This document shows, piece by piece, positions 27,721 through 40,258 of a DNA stretch of 64,000 bases (positions are counted from its first letter, which is position 1; each line of letters opens with the position of its first letter). Source of the stretch: Macrostomum lignano (taxonomy: Eukaryota); the NCBI GenBank assembly GCA_002269645.1, contig NIVC01001275.1, positions 124,001 to 188,000 of the forward strand, in the 5' to 3' direction. The notes under the pieces are model-generated. The model did no database searches. It saw nothing but the letters and a program-made list of their open reading frames with translations, and was not told where the DNA came from. The position numbers were made by a program, and so were the translations under genes.

Positions 27721-30700
27721 AAATTTTAAAGGATCCAAGGGATGTAGGGAAAGTCAGGTAGAGGCTAGAGTTTGCCAATACATGTTTTAGAGTCAAATAG
27801 ACATTGCCTGACATTCTGCACAGTACCCCAGCCAACAATATCAAATGTTTGCCTTAAATCCAAATTTTACACAAATGTACTCCATTTTATGTCTACCTCT
27901 ATCCTGCTAACTATTAACAAATTTTTGTTTGTATATGGCCTTAGATTTCAGAATACATGCAAAAGTAGTTCCAGGGATTGGAATTCCTTGGGTTCAAAAT
28001 CTGCGGGTTTCAACAGCTTGTATGTATATATTCTATAATATAGCTATAGGCTCTAGGCTAATCTATATAATATAATTTTTAAATAAGGCCTAGAAAATTA
28101 TTCCTTTTAAATGCAATATAAGCCAAGAAAATTAGGCTACAAATTTAGAAAGGCCCTAATATAATAGGCCAACAATAGATGGACTAGGCCTAGTGGCCTA
28201 ATGTCTAAAAAATAACAATAATTAGAATAATACTAAAATAGTGTAGTCCCTAGACCATAGGCCTATCTGCCCTATCAATGCTGTAGGCCTAGCAAACAGC
28301 ACATGAGCACAGCCAAATTCCTCTTTTCTAAGTCCAATCTTTAGACTTAATGACTCAAATTGTGTAGTGTCGAGCAAGCAAAAGTAGGCCTAATGTAGGC
28401 CTATTTGTCAATTTGTGCAGAGTTAATTTTATTATTGGAGCTAGCTATATCATATAAGTATGGAGTTTATAATAATAATACATCAGTTGCTGATAAAAAT
28501 CAGTTGGTGCAGGTTGCTACTGATATAATAAACTAAGAGGCTAAGACGCCAAAAATCCACGTCGCAAAGTGAAGACAAGTTCATCGTCATCACTGCTGAA
28601 ATAACACGTCGTCATCGTCGTCGTTTGAATCAATTCATAGCTTCCACTCCACTTTTGAAATTCAAATCAGAATATAACAGGTGTAAAAAGTAAAACAAAA
28701 CCTTAATGTAACTTTGCTTACTTGTGACAAAAATAAATAAAAACAAACCAATTACTAATACTAAAGTTTTTTCATCACCCATTTGCTAAAAATTCAAAAC
28801 ATCTGTCAAGTAGTGTGCCTTTCGTTTGTGGAAAGAGCCATGCAGTTAATACGATTGCCTTGAATCGGGCCCTATCGCGAAGAATTTGACTTACTGCATT
28901 TAGATTTCAATGGGCTGCGTCTGGTGGTAAACTTAAAATAATTTTATGGCATTAAAAATATTTTAAATGACTGTTACCGCGTACGGACTGCTTAAAAGTA
29001 ATTAAACAATTGATTCTCTGTTAAAGGGTACACATGTAGTGTAATCTTAGCGTACATTACATCCTCGTTCCTCCCTCAAAGCTTAAAGCTTGAAACTGCA
29101 ACAAGCCATGCTGTACAAGGATGAGAATTGGGCAATGACGGTTCCTGGAGCGTAGCGCCATAAAAATTTGATAAACAACGTTGCATGGATTGTAAAGGAT
29201 GCCCACAGCTTATACATGTAAAATACTGCACACTCCGTATTAAACATTGCATGTACTACACTCGATTTTTAGAAATAAGTTGGAAATTGAGTATATTTGT
29301 CGTATCGCCAGTACATTTACACGTACATTTATGCTTTCAAGAAATCGGATTTTTCTCTACCGAAATTTTTTATGGCAAAGCCTCCATCGCTATGCATTAA
29401 TTCACTAGAGCAGTTTTGTATATAACTCGTATAGCTATTCGACAAATACAGTATTGGGTTCCAGCTACAGTATGACCTCCAGTTCACTTCTAAGAAAATC
29501 GAGTATAGTATACTTTACATGTACGTTTATAGCGTCCTATATTTTAGTTGTCCATGGGCAATGGTGGACTGACGCGTTCAAAGCATTTACCACGCTTCCA
29601 ACAAAAAAGGAGGTTAATTAAATCTCAATGGGATCAAGCCATGCACATGTATATACATTATGCATATGAGTGAGCGGTCTCGGCACATGTAGCTCGTACT
29701 ACTAGTGTACATATTGACACTGACTGTGTGTACAATTTATGCAAGGAACTGCGAAATAAAAGTAAAGAAAATAATTAACACTTTGAACAGTTACATGACA
29801 GGTAAACTCTAACTAAATAATTAATGTACATGTAACTATACATGTATATAGTGGCTTTGCAGCTAGGGGTTGTAGCCTATGATGGGTTTCGACCTTCGGG
29901 CTCCTTGTTAGGGAAGCCTTCGGGCCTCAGGCTCAGAAATAAATCAATTAGAGTCCTGGCCCCCCACTCCTGTCAGATGGTCAGCCCCATGGTAGCTTGA
30001 TCGTGTGGCGAGCAGTCTAGGTCCTATAGCTAAGAGAGGGACAGCGAGAGACGAGCAGGGAGAATTTTGAAAGTAGAAATTAGCTAATCCGCAGATCAAC
30101 TAACTTGCTGCCACCAGCCCGTGCGCCCTGGCTCACCACACCGGGACTCTCGAAATCGGGCTTCCGACTAGAAGGGGCTTTGCACTTACCTGCCAACTAG
30201 TGTCTTTTTGCTGTCAATCTCGAAGTCATAGCCGATGATAAGGGACACTGCTGGGATCGCATTGGCCATGCAGGTACAGAGGGGACTTGTGCAGGGGATT
30301 CTTGCGGTGGCGAGTCTATGGGGTAGCTACATGTACTATTACATTACTAAATACGAAACTATGTACTTTTGGCCTTCAACGCGCCAACTAGCCTCTCATA
30401 GCGCTGATGATAGACTAACTCCAACTTCAGAGACCGCATGATTCATTTACCCGAGCCGCTTGGCTACCCTAGAGTGCACAAAGTACATCTATGGCGCCGA
30501 TTCTGCACTTCTGGCAGTTTTGCTCACTGATTTGATGGATTGGTCGACTGAGAACTGCCTTGCCATTGGTCCACTGCGACCGGCGCCTACTAGCTTAGCT
30601 ACTCATCTGAGCCATCGGCGAACAAAGAAATAAAACCGATAAAAATAACTGTTAGATTTAACCTTCTCCTTAGTTCGCTTCACACTTCAGATTGAATTGG

Positions 30701-31877
30701 AGTTTTAGACTACTAGCAGTATTATTGAATGATTTCTGCCTCAGCAACAGCACTACTGAACAAAATGAGCAAAAGTGTGCGCCTAATTCAGCTACTGAAA
30801 CAGGGGACAGATAAGGGATCACCCAATCAAGCAAGTCTAGGTAGCCTCTCACCCAACCAATCAGAAACTCAACAGCCGGAGACCAGGTAATCCACAGTGA
30901 CCGTATCGGCTTGATGCTCTGCAGCTGTAGACTCGGGATGATGCTGTCACAATCTTCGCTGTTAGCTAGCAGGTGATGCTCTTCACTTGATGTTCGCTGC
31001 TGATGACCGGGGGACTCGTCCTTGATGATGATGGGGGGGGGGGAAGTCGCAATCCGGGGGGGATCAAGAAACGACGGTCAGGCTCCGAGAGGTCTCAAGC
31101 TAGACAAGCTCCCAGGAGGTTGAGGTCCGAGCGGGCCAAAAACACCGGTTTAAATAGCCGCCAACTGGACCGCAGTTTGTTATAATGGAACACGTCGATT
31201 CTGATTGGCTGAGCCGTTTTAGTTAAAATGAGCGCCGAATTTTCTGATTGGCTAAGCTTGTTGCTACCCAGAATCACGTGACCGAGAGATCCTATCAGTT
31301 CCCACAGGGTCGTAAAAAGATGACAGGTGCGGCCATAAATCAATCAAAATCGCAACAAAATGATTTATGACTTTTCGCGTAGGATTGACAGAAATTAATG
31401 AAAAAATATACATTAGAAAGCTCTTATTAAATAGAAAGTGAAGATAATGAAGAGAAATTGCTAATCGCTAATCCCAAGGTACTTTTAGGGGTAAAACGCA
31501 TAGCTGTCAAAGCTGTCACACGCTTGAGTGAACACGAACAACAGGCTCTGACCTCATAAATCTTGATGGCCTGTCAAAATGATGAGAAAAAAGCTACCGC
31601 CCGCATCCTCTCAGACCATCTGGCGCCTGCTTCAACACTGAGTGAGGCGCAGGTGGCTGTCAGACAAACTTTGAAAGCGATGATTTATGACCCAAAAAGC
31701 TGCGCCTATGTTATTATGACTACTAGTATGACCAGACATTATATCTAGTATAGATTCTATGAAAATTCGCAGAAAAAGGATAAAAATGCCCATTGCCCAC
31801 TGTTAGTAGGCAAGTAAGTTTAGAGCCCATGTGCTAGCGCGGGATTTGGGAAAAAGTGCGTCCTCATCACCTACATG

Positions 31878-32030
31878 TACTAGTGGTCAGAGCGTCGCAC
31901 TTAATTACGATTTTAAGGTTGGGCCGGGGTTCGATTCCCGATCCTACTGGAACGATTTGTTTCTTGAGCTAGTTAACTCTGCATTTCTTCAGTTCAGCCA
32001 AGGTTAATTGGTGTGACCGGCACCCCCCCC
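31878..32030 (+). mobile_element. Putative tRNA-derived SINE head (Pol III A/B-box-like)
   Basis: tagtggtcagagcgtcgcact (A-box/D-arm-like) and gggttcgattccc (B box GTTCGA) about 45 nt apart; no complete cloverleaf. Confidence 0.45.
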
Positions 32031-32779
32031 CCCTCAGTCCTTGGACTGGACACAGCCGTACGCAGCCTTCAGATCATGCGCCGCGCAACCGCGCAATTGC
32101 TGTGGCTGAGCTTTCGGTTGGCACATCTGGCCATTAGGTGGTAACAAAGGAAGTGAAACAGTCGACCATATAATTTCACCCAGGCACAATATGTGAATTT
32201 GCGTTGTCCAATATGCCACAGTTACTTCCAAGGTACATTTAACCCATGTAAAATTTCATCATGTGACTGCTCTCCCACGTTTTTACTGTATTTATGCAGC
32301 CTTCCGTATCTTTGCATTAGCGTGAAATAATACTGACGATCCATCACGATCAAGTTATAATCAAGAATCCCTTAAGTCATCCCAGTCGCGATGATAGCAA
32401 AAACCCACACATATTTTATAAACTTTATCCGGCTAAATGCAAAAATACTCATAGTACATGTATTTATACACAATTTTATCCCTCACATTGTATCCCTTGT
32501 ATTGAAATCATATTTATAATGCATAAAAAATAAGAAAGTACCCGCAGTACTAAAAATATGTGAAGCAAAGCCGGCCCTCATTGGTTGAGAGAGAATATTA
32601 CTTCTATCGAGACATATTGGCCAGGTGTGAAGATATAGGGTCTTGATTGGATGAAAGAAGCTGCAAGAGCATGCATTGGTCTGAAAAAAAATATTTAAAG
32701 GGCTTTCGAATTACTCACTAGAAATATTCCTGCAAACATTTTTCCAATTTCCAATTCAAATTTTCTCAATCATTTAGCA

Positions 32780-33599
32780 ATGATATCCTATGTGCACGTC
32801 AGTTGTCATTACAACATCAGCGACGTCAAATGTATAGAACTGCAGTGGGGTCCGCCAACTGCCTACGGATCGGGCAAATTGGTAGCCTACACTGTTGTCA
32901 TGGCAACCATACTGTTAGTTGGCGGCGTTGGAAACCTAGCAATCTGCGCCGTGATAGCTCGCACCAGGTACTTGCACACGGCAACAAACTTCTATTTAAT
33001 GAGCCTGAGCGTCTCCGACCTGCTAGTGCTCATTGCCCGGCTGCCCTACGAGATCTACTCGCACTGGAGGCGCTACCCGTTCCCAGGTAGCGGCCTGCTG
33101 TGCGCCAGCTCGGGCTTCCTGGCCGAGGCCTGCACCAGCTGCTCAGCACTGACGCTACTGGCCTTGACAACTCAGCGCTACCTGGCGATCTGTCGGCCTA
33201 CGCCAGCCGGAATCGGCATCGGCCGGTCCATCGCCCTGCTCTGGCTTGCCTCGGTCTGCCTGTCCGCCGCCATGACCACGCAGCTTGGCGTGGAGGTGCT
33301 GCTGCGCAACGACTCGAGCACGGGCTACTCGGCTAAGCCGCTGGTTGAATCTCGACTCTGCGACGTAGTAGAAACTCGACGAATACCGTACTCGTTCCTG
33401 GCCTCCTCCGTGCTGCTGTTCGGACTGCCGATGCTGCTGATGCTGTACATGTACCTGCGCATTGGCGCCGCTGTGCAGGGCTCGTTGCGACGCTACCCGC
33501 GCTTGCTGGGCCGACGCTACCGGACTGCCGGCGCCGCCGACCAGGAGAGACCCGCTAGCGGCCCTAGCAAGGGTCGCCGCGCGCTTGTCAAGCTGCTAG
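32780..33599 (+). CDS. Neuropeptide GPCR, neuromedin-U/PRXamide (CAPA/pyrokinin) receptor-like, exon 1 (TM1-TM5, ICL3)
   Basis: GNLAICAVIARTRYLHTATNFYLMSLSVSDLL, TM3 AEACTSCSALTLLALTTQRYLAICRP, TM5 LFGLPMLLMLYMY; donor CTA G|gtgaag. Start codon tentative. Confidence 0.88.
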
Positions 33600-33689
33600 G
33601 TGAAGGATCTCCCTGCTTTCATGAGCATTTCATTGCATTTCATTGTCAGCAAATGGACGTATTTGCACGGAATCCCATGGGTTACTCGT

Positions 33690-33970
33690 TAATCCTCAGC
33701 CCTAGCGAACCCTGAAGATGGACCAGAAAGTCCTCTTTATTTGAGTCGGGGGAACAGTAAATGCGCCCGACCCTCACGCCTTGATCCCTGGGTTGCATTC
33801 CGTGCTTGACCTCTTTTAATCTAACACTTGTCATGCGGTTCATGGGGCTTGGGGGCCAAACCCCCAAGGCACAGAGAGTGTACATGCCTGACGATTAGAA
33901 AGTCAAAGGGCCGATGTACACCCTGTGTGAGCGGGTACCTCGTAATAGTGCGTGCGTACCTGCGTACATT
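33690..33970 (+). mobile_element. Longest copy of a dispersed SINE-like repeat, in the GPCR intron; partial copies at about 1130-1250 (+), 5209-5260 (-), 35831-35875 (-), 51500-51620 (-)
   Basis: Shared core gtgtacatg(c/t)ctgacgattagaaagt..agggccg.tgtacaccctgtgtgag. Confidence 0.65.
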
Positions 33971-34111
33971 ATCCGTGTCTTATATTGTGCTCAGGAGTGA
34001 CAGGAGCCAGCGAATCGGGCAAATTTACCTTAGCGCTAGTGGCGGGACGATGTCCTGCAATTTTTAAAACAGCTTGTAATTTTGACTTCGACGCCAACCC
34101 TCACCTTGCAG

Positions 34112-34608
34112 CCGCTCTCGTACTTGCATTCTTCTTCTGCTACGCTCCGTTTCATCTATCGCGCATTCTTGGCGACCTGGTGCAGCGAGAGTCCTACTGC
34201 CAGAGCTGCCTGGTGACAGCCGTCAATCAGACGCTTTACCTGATCTCCGGGCTGCTGTACTTTGCCTCTTCCATCGCTAATCCGGTATTGTACAGCCTAA
34301 TGTCCGCCAAGTTCCGCATGGCACTGCGCTCAGCAATCTACGACACTGTCGCGAGTCTCGGCTGCGTCCAACTTGGTCCCGGCGACGGCCACCGGCAGCG
34401 GGGTCGCCGACTGCTGAGACGACAACGTCGGGGCCAGTCGACAATGCGGTGGCACCGGCAGCGACATCAGGGCGATGAGGCCGCCAGTGACCACCCGGAC
34501 GATGGAGGCGACCGACAGCGGCAGGGAAGGCTGATCGCGACTCTGCCGCTGCTGCCGCAACCGCCGCCACCGACTGCTGTACCGCTGGAGGAACTGTCTC
34601 TGAGCTAA
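34112..34608 (+). CDS. Neuropeptide GPCR exon 2 (TM6, TM7, C-tail)
   Basis: ccttgcag|CC GCT CTC: (A)ALVLAFFFCYAPFHLSRIL...SGLLYFASSIANPVLYSLMSAKFR; phase 1 matches exon 1. Confidence 0.88.
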
Positions 34609-35324
34609 TGAAGCATTGAGAAGCATACGAGCACTGACATTCTTAACAACTCAACTCAAACTCTCAATTGCATCGAAACTATATACTCGAACGGATTGAG
34701 TACAATTACAGGGCACGCATAACGCTCGTAGTCGGTACTGCACGCAACTCCTCGCTAATTGGTTAGTTGCAAGCAGGCCCATGCCAGATATTGTTGTGGA
34801 TCATGTGACTTAATGCAAAAAGAAATTTCTCCGTCTAAGCATCGACGTAAATAAAAGAAATTGTCATTTCTAATGCAGTGCACGAGCACCTGATTCACTT
34901 TGAATCGCCTCGTATAACAGCCATAGCGTCAGTCCATCAGCGTTAACAACCACGCGTCCGTCACTCGATATAAAAATAGTTGACTAAAAGGCATCCCCGT
35001 CTGCTCAGGTAAGATTTCTTTTCCCCAACCTGACCACCGCCAGCCCCCTGTACTGGATTAAACAGGTGCAGAGCGTCATCGCATGACCAGCAGCTGTGTT
35101 CGTGACTTCGATAATAAATCAAAAGGCTCGTGCGGGAGCGGTCTCTCCCTCTCTGTCTCTTATCTCCACCGCACCGAGTCTGCTGCCTGCCCGTCTTCCG
35201 GAGTTCACCGCCGAGTGACTCCGAAATCCCAAATTATTTAGTCTGCGCCTCAAGCTGAGAACTTTATCGCTAAATACCCACCGCATTGTCGCGTATACTG
35301 ACTGGATCGACTTTCATATGCATG

Positions 35325-35713
35325 CAGGGGCGTCGCCATAGATTTTATGGTGGTGGGACAGAGCCAACAATTATACTTGTACATGTACTTGACTAAATTC
35401 CTACATGTACATTATTTTCAGAATCGGTGTTGTCAGCGCTCATTTTAGCGCCACACGCACTCATTTTAGCGCCGCAGGCACTCATTTTAGCGCCGCAGGC
35501 ACTCATTTTAGCGCCGCAGGCACTCATTTTAGCGCCACAGGCACTCATTTTAGCGCCGCAGGCACTCTATTTTGGCGCCCTGCAAAAAAATTATTGATTT
35601 CCAGAAGGGGTCACAAGGTGGGGTGGGGGGGACAAAGCATTCGCATGTCCCCCCAGATCTTTCACTGGGAGGGGACATATATCCTCCCTGTCCCCACGTT
35701 GGCGACGCCCCTG
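35325..35713. mobile_element. MITE-like element, 389 bp, with perfect 14-bp TIRs and an internal 21-bp tandem repeat
   Basis: CAGGGGCGTCGCCA (35325-35338) and TGGCGACGCCCCTG (35700-35713); internal gcactcattttagcgccgcag x6-7 at about 35437-35580; TG on both flanks. Confidence 0.8.
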
Positions 35714-36773
35714 TGTACGTATCTGATAAGTTCAGCATAATAGATGGAAATTTCTTGAAAATGTCCGAAGGCCTCAATGAAAAGCTCAATTGTCATTGGT
35801 AACAATTGGCAACAGCTCTTCGGCGACATCATTCTAATCGTCAAGCATGTACACTGTCTGTGCCTTGGCGGTTGAATCGAACTGATCACTCTGAACTGCT
35901 CAGAAGGAACCGCTTGAAGAATCAAGGCCAAAGCAAAAATTGGCTTTTTTCTTGATGAGTTTCTTCACCGCTAGGCCCGAACAACAAAGCTGGGAATTAC
36001 TTATTGTTGTCCTGCATAATGCAGCAGCAGCGGCCATCTCAGCACAGGCTAGTAGGCCTCATTTATTTTGATTAAAGCCTAGCATTGCTGTTGACCGGCT
36101 CGTCTGTCATTTTAATTTGTCAAAGCAAGAAGCGCTCGCTGTGCTTGGCTTGCCTACCTGCCTTGCATTGTGCCTCCTCAAGCTGCTAATTTGAGTAATG
36201 CAGACGTCGAGGTAATCACAATGATGAATGCTAGAATGGCGAGGATGCTGCGAGGGCCGGTAGTGTAACGCTTCCAGGACGCGGGACACGCATACATTGA
36301 GAAAACACCGCAAAATGTTGCACAAAATGGCAATACAATCGGTCATTGAATTAGTCCATTCATTTTTCCAAAGACAATCCGTATTAGCTGAGGTGTCAAA
36401 CGACACTCAATGACAGCTTTTCCGTTCAACTTCAACAAAACTCACATTCTATTTCATTATTCTATACATGTATTTACCTATTTCAACCGTCATTCAATTT
36501 TGGCATGCTGCATTTAAGGCTGTAACTGTTTGAGGCTCTCTATTGCATCCCTCTTTAAACTTAGTGCTCTCCTTCAAGTTCGCTTCCAGAAGACAATTTT
36601 GTTTCATGTACGGGAGCATACACTCAATTCATTTAAGATATTACCGTACAAATCAGAAGAATGAGCGACGAGGTGATGTTTGAAGAAGCGGGAGATGAAG
36701 AAAAAATCGGTGACGAAGATGATGGGTTGAACCCTGGGGTCCATTACGGACAGATGTCTGACGGAGACAGAAC

Positions 36774-37622
36774 TGTGACGTTGCTAGTTTAAGTGGTCCC
36801 GCAAAAGGGCCGTTGGACTATAGTTTCCCTTGTAATTTCTCATTTTAATTTCTCTAATAGTTTATTTTAACGTTTACTTGTAGTAGCGTGCAAATAATCT
36901 GTATCAATTGCTAATTCACTGTGTATTTGGTAGGACTCGCGTTCGTCTGTAAATTTTACCACGATCGATAATTTCAAGTTCTCTCGCCAGCCAATGAAAA
37001 CTCTCCGCGTGTATATTGCTAGCCCTCTGCGCTCTTTATTAACCCCCCGTCTGGCGGCGGGCTGGGCGCCTCCCTACCCTCGCCTCCCTACCCTCGCCTC
37101 CTCACTTCTGGCTTCGGGCGTCTGGCTCTCGTTTTCCTTCTCTCTCTTGGCTGCCTCGAGCCTCCTTATCTCTCGCCACGGCTCCTCTGTCTGGGCCAGC
37201 CTGTTCACACTCTGTACTCCACTGTGTACTGCCACGGCTAACGCCACTCTCACCGTTACTTATCTGCCTGTTTACTTACTGCTCACTGCCTTCACTGTGC
37301 TCATCGACATCACTCACTACGTTGCGTCGCCATTGTATCCTTCGCCTGCCACTCGACTTCATATTCTAACTACCTTCAAAACCATTGTTGCAGCCGCCAG
37401 TGTCCCAAAGCGCAATAAGTTCTGTATTGACATTAACCAGTTTGAATACTGATCTCAACAATAAATTAACTACGGCAGTTTCCTGCCCTTATACGCTAAG
37501 TGCTCCGCTACACAATCCGCTTTGCAAGAATTGACTTCAATTCATTTTGGGACTACGACTTACGACAACTCTCGTAAAACGGCCCTTCTAAGGGTCATAG
37601 CCTCTACGCCAATAACGTGACA
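36774..37622 (+). mobile_element. Solo LTR related to the adjacent Gypsy element (diverged subfamily)
   Basis: TG...CA termini tgtgacgttg / cgccaataacgtgaca match the Gypsy LTR, interior is colinear but diverged, 4-bp TSD GAAC on both sides, no PBS or internal sequence. Confidence 0.92.
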
Positions 37623-38147
37623 GAACCCACCTTCTTGACGCGCATGAGAAAGGACAGGATTGTGTCCATGTCTGGCGCAACTCATAAAGCCGCTTCTGCC
37701 TCTGCTCTCGGACCTTCATGTTGAAATTGAATGCAGAATCCCGAAATTGAATGAGAAATCGGCATGCAGGAGCAAGTTTTGTCCATAGACAAATTAGCGC
37801 CCTTACTATAGTATGAAATATAATATCCAATTGCCGAAATTGAATGTCAGCTTGCCGAAATTGAATGCGAGTTTTGTTGAAATTGAACTGAAAAAGGTGT
37901 AAATAATTAGTCTGGGAATCCCAGACCAAGTGGTGGGAGTGAGGCGCGAATTCGCGCCTGGCGCGAATTTCGGGATTAATGGCGCGAATGCGCGATTTGT
38001 GAGGCGAGGCGCGATTTTTTTTTATGCTCAATGCGCGAAAAAAGTGAGCTGATTTTGCTTTACTTTGCCAGTGACTGCCACACCCCAGTGTCTCCTACAG
38101 CTGTACTTTCACTTGTAAACTTATTGTTGTTTAAATAAACTTGTGTT

Positions 38148-38651
38148 ATGCTGAAACTCGTCGCGCGCTCTTGCCTTGCTGCTAAATGTTGGACAGCTGC
38201 TACGCTACCAGTCTCGCTTAGGTTGCGGAACCTGTGCAACAGCGCCTATGCTGCGTACCGCCGACGGCTGGAAGAAGAGAAGCAAGAAGAGGAGCGCAAG
38301 AAGAGGGAAGAGCTCGAGAAGAGTGTCCTCTCCGAAATTCGAAACGAGAAAAGCGCAAGCAAGACATTCACAGACTTAGAAAATTCTGTTCTGGAGACTA
38401 ACGAGCATATAAAGAAGAAGCAGAAGCAGAGGGATGACGCTCAGAAGCTGTTGCTGGAAATGACTAAGGCGAAGGAGGACCGAGATCGTGAGCTGGACGA
38501 CCTGCGACACAGACAAGACAAGCTGCAGAAGAAGAAGCTGAAACAGGCCGACAAAATCACTGAGACGGTGCTCAAGCGTCGAGCTATTGAGCAGTCATTG
38601 TCGAACCCTCTGCCAGAAAGCGTTCAACAGAAAAAGTTCCGCTCTGGATAA
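38148..38651 (+). pseudogene. Probable C-terminal remnant of a transposase-like protein inside the TIR element
   Basis: LPVSLRLRNLCNSAYAAYRRRLEEEKQEEERKK coiled coil resembles tails of invertebrate hAT-like transposases; no catalytic domain present. Family assignment is from memory only. Confidence 0.4.
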
Positions 38652-39049
38652 CAACAGCGTGACAATGACAATATTGAACAATTAGTCGTAATGTTTTTTT
38701 AGGCTAATGCTATGTTAGTTGCCTTTTACTTGCTTAAAATTACATCTTCCAAAGTTAGATACGCTCTCGTATATAGCTTTCGATTTCATATATTAGATTT
38801 AGTCTAGCTTGAATTATAACAAATGCAAGTTACGATTATTTCGAATTTAATCTTTAGCAATTCAATAACTTTCATTTAAATAATTCCTAAGTAAGACCTA
38901 AGTAAGACCTAATAAAATGCAATACACGAGACCCACGAGTGCGAGTGGCGCACTATTGTCTACGACTACGATGTTAAATTATAGTCAAGCTGTTGCAACA
39001 ACACAACAATCGTTTTTTTCGATCAGAGTTACTCTTTTGAACATTATTT

Positions 39050-39874
39050 TGTGACGTTGTCAGTTTAAGGTGGTCCCGAAAAGGGCCGTTGGACTGCTGT
39101 TCTCCATAGTCATTCAACCCTTCAGTTTCACCGTTTCAACTAAACTTTTCCATTCGTTTATTGCGACGTTTACTTGTAGTAGTGCCCAACGATTTTGTGG
39201 CAATTTCTAATTCACTGTATATTTTGCTATCCTCTCTCGCGACCGTATAAAATTGGCACGATCGATAATTTTAAGTTCTCTCGCCAGCCAATGAAATCAC
39301 TCGTGCTCGCGCTACCCCCTCTGCGCTCTTTTATTAAACCCCCGCCTGGCGGCGGGCACCCCTCACGCTTTTTCGTCTCTCCCCGCCTGTTCCTTGTTTC
39401 CTTCCCTGCGGCCTCTTAGCTGTCTTATCTGTTTGTCTGGCTGCCTCGAGCCTCCTTATTTCTCACCACGGCCCTTCTGTCTGGGCCAGCCTGCTCACAC
39501 ACTTACTTGACTGTTTCACGCCACGACCGACGCCTACTCACCACTACGTTTCACTGCCTTCACGGTGCTCATAGCCACTGCTCACGTCACGTCGCCATTG
39601 TGTCATTCGCCTGCCACTTGACTTCATATCCAAATTATATTCAACCCATTGCTGCAGCCGCCAGTGCCCAGAAAGCTATAGTCTGTTTATTGCCAGTAAC
39701 AACCAACTTAATACTGATATTAACAATAAAGACAACTACGGCAGTTCCTGCCTTTATCGCCAAGTGCTCCGCTACAAAATCCGCTTTACAAGAATTGACT
39801 TCAACTTATTTTGGGACTAAAACGGCCCTTTTAAGGGTCACCGCATAGCTGGCCGCTACGCCAATAACGTGACA
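39050..39874 (+). repeat. 5' LTR (825 bp)
   Basis: Matches the 3' LTR; by eye only two single-C homopolymer length differences. Confidence 0.97.
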
Positions 39875-39880
39875 TAATTT

Positions 39881-39897
39881 TGGAGGTCCCACCGAGA
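39881..39897 (+). promoter_or_regulatory. Primer-binding site complementary to the tRNA-Gln 3' end
   Basis: TGGAGGTCCCACCGAGA is the reverse complement of TCTCGGTGGGACCT-CCA, the metazoan tRNA-Gln 3' end. Confidence 0.88.
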
Positions 39898-40258
39898 CTC
39901 CTACTCAGCACTGCCGGCTCGCAACTAAGTCAGCACCACCGAGACTCCTACTCAGCACTGCCGGCTCGCAACTAAGTCAGCACCACCGAGACTCCTACTC
40001 AGCACTGCCGGCTCGCAACTAAGTCAGCACCACCGAGATTCCTACTCAGCACTGCCGGCTCGCAACTAAGTCAGCACCACCGAGACTCCTACTCAGCACT
40101 GCCGGCTCGTGACTGAGTGCCGGCCTGCCACGTTTCTGCCTGACGGTCCGCAAGGCTGCGAGAGCCTGTGCCACGCCTGAGGTTCGGTCCGCAAGGCTAC
40201 GAGAGCCTGTGCCACGCCTGAGGTTCGGTCCGCAAGGCTGCGAGAGCCTGTGCCACGT
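39889..40258 (+). repeat. Gypsy 5' leader tandem repeats: 47-bp unit x4.7 (39889-40109) and 41-bp unit x2.8 (40144-40258)
   Basis: 47-bp units start at 39889, 39936, 39983, 40030, 40077; 41-bp units at 40144, 40185, 40226. Confidence 0.93.

Noticed and set aside
29900-31400. Possible degraded mobile element or gene upstream of the neuropeptide receptor
   Set aside because: Only short ORFs with no motif, termini or TSD that I could recognise.
31878-31950. tRNA gene
   Set aside because: A/B-box-like motifs are present but no acceptor or anticodon stems form; kept only as a possible SINE head.
36661-37686. Short acidic ORF (MSDEVMFEEAGDEEK...) split by the solo LTR
   Set aside because: About 57 codons when rejoined, with no homology evidence; cannot be called a disrupted gene.
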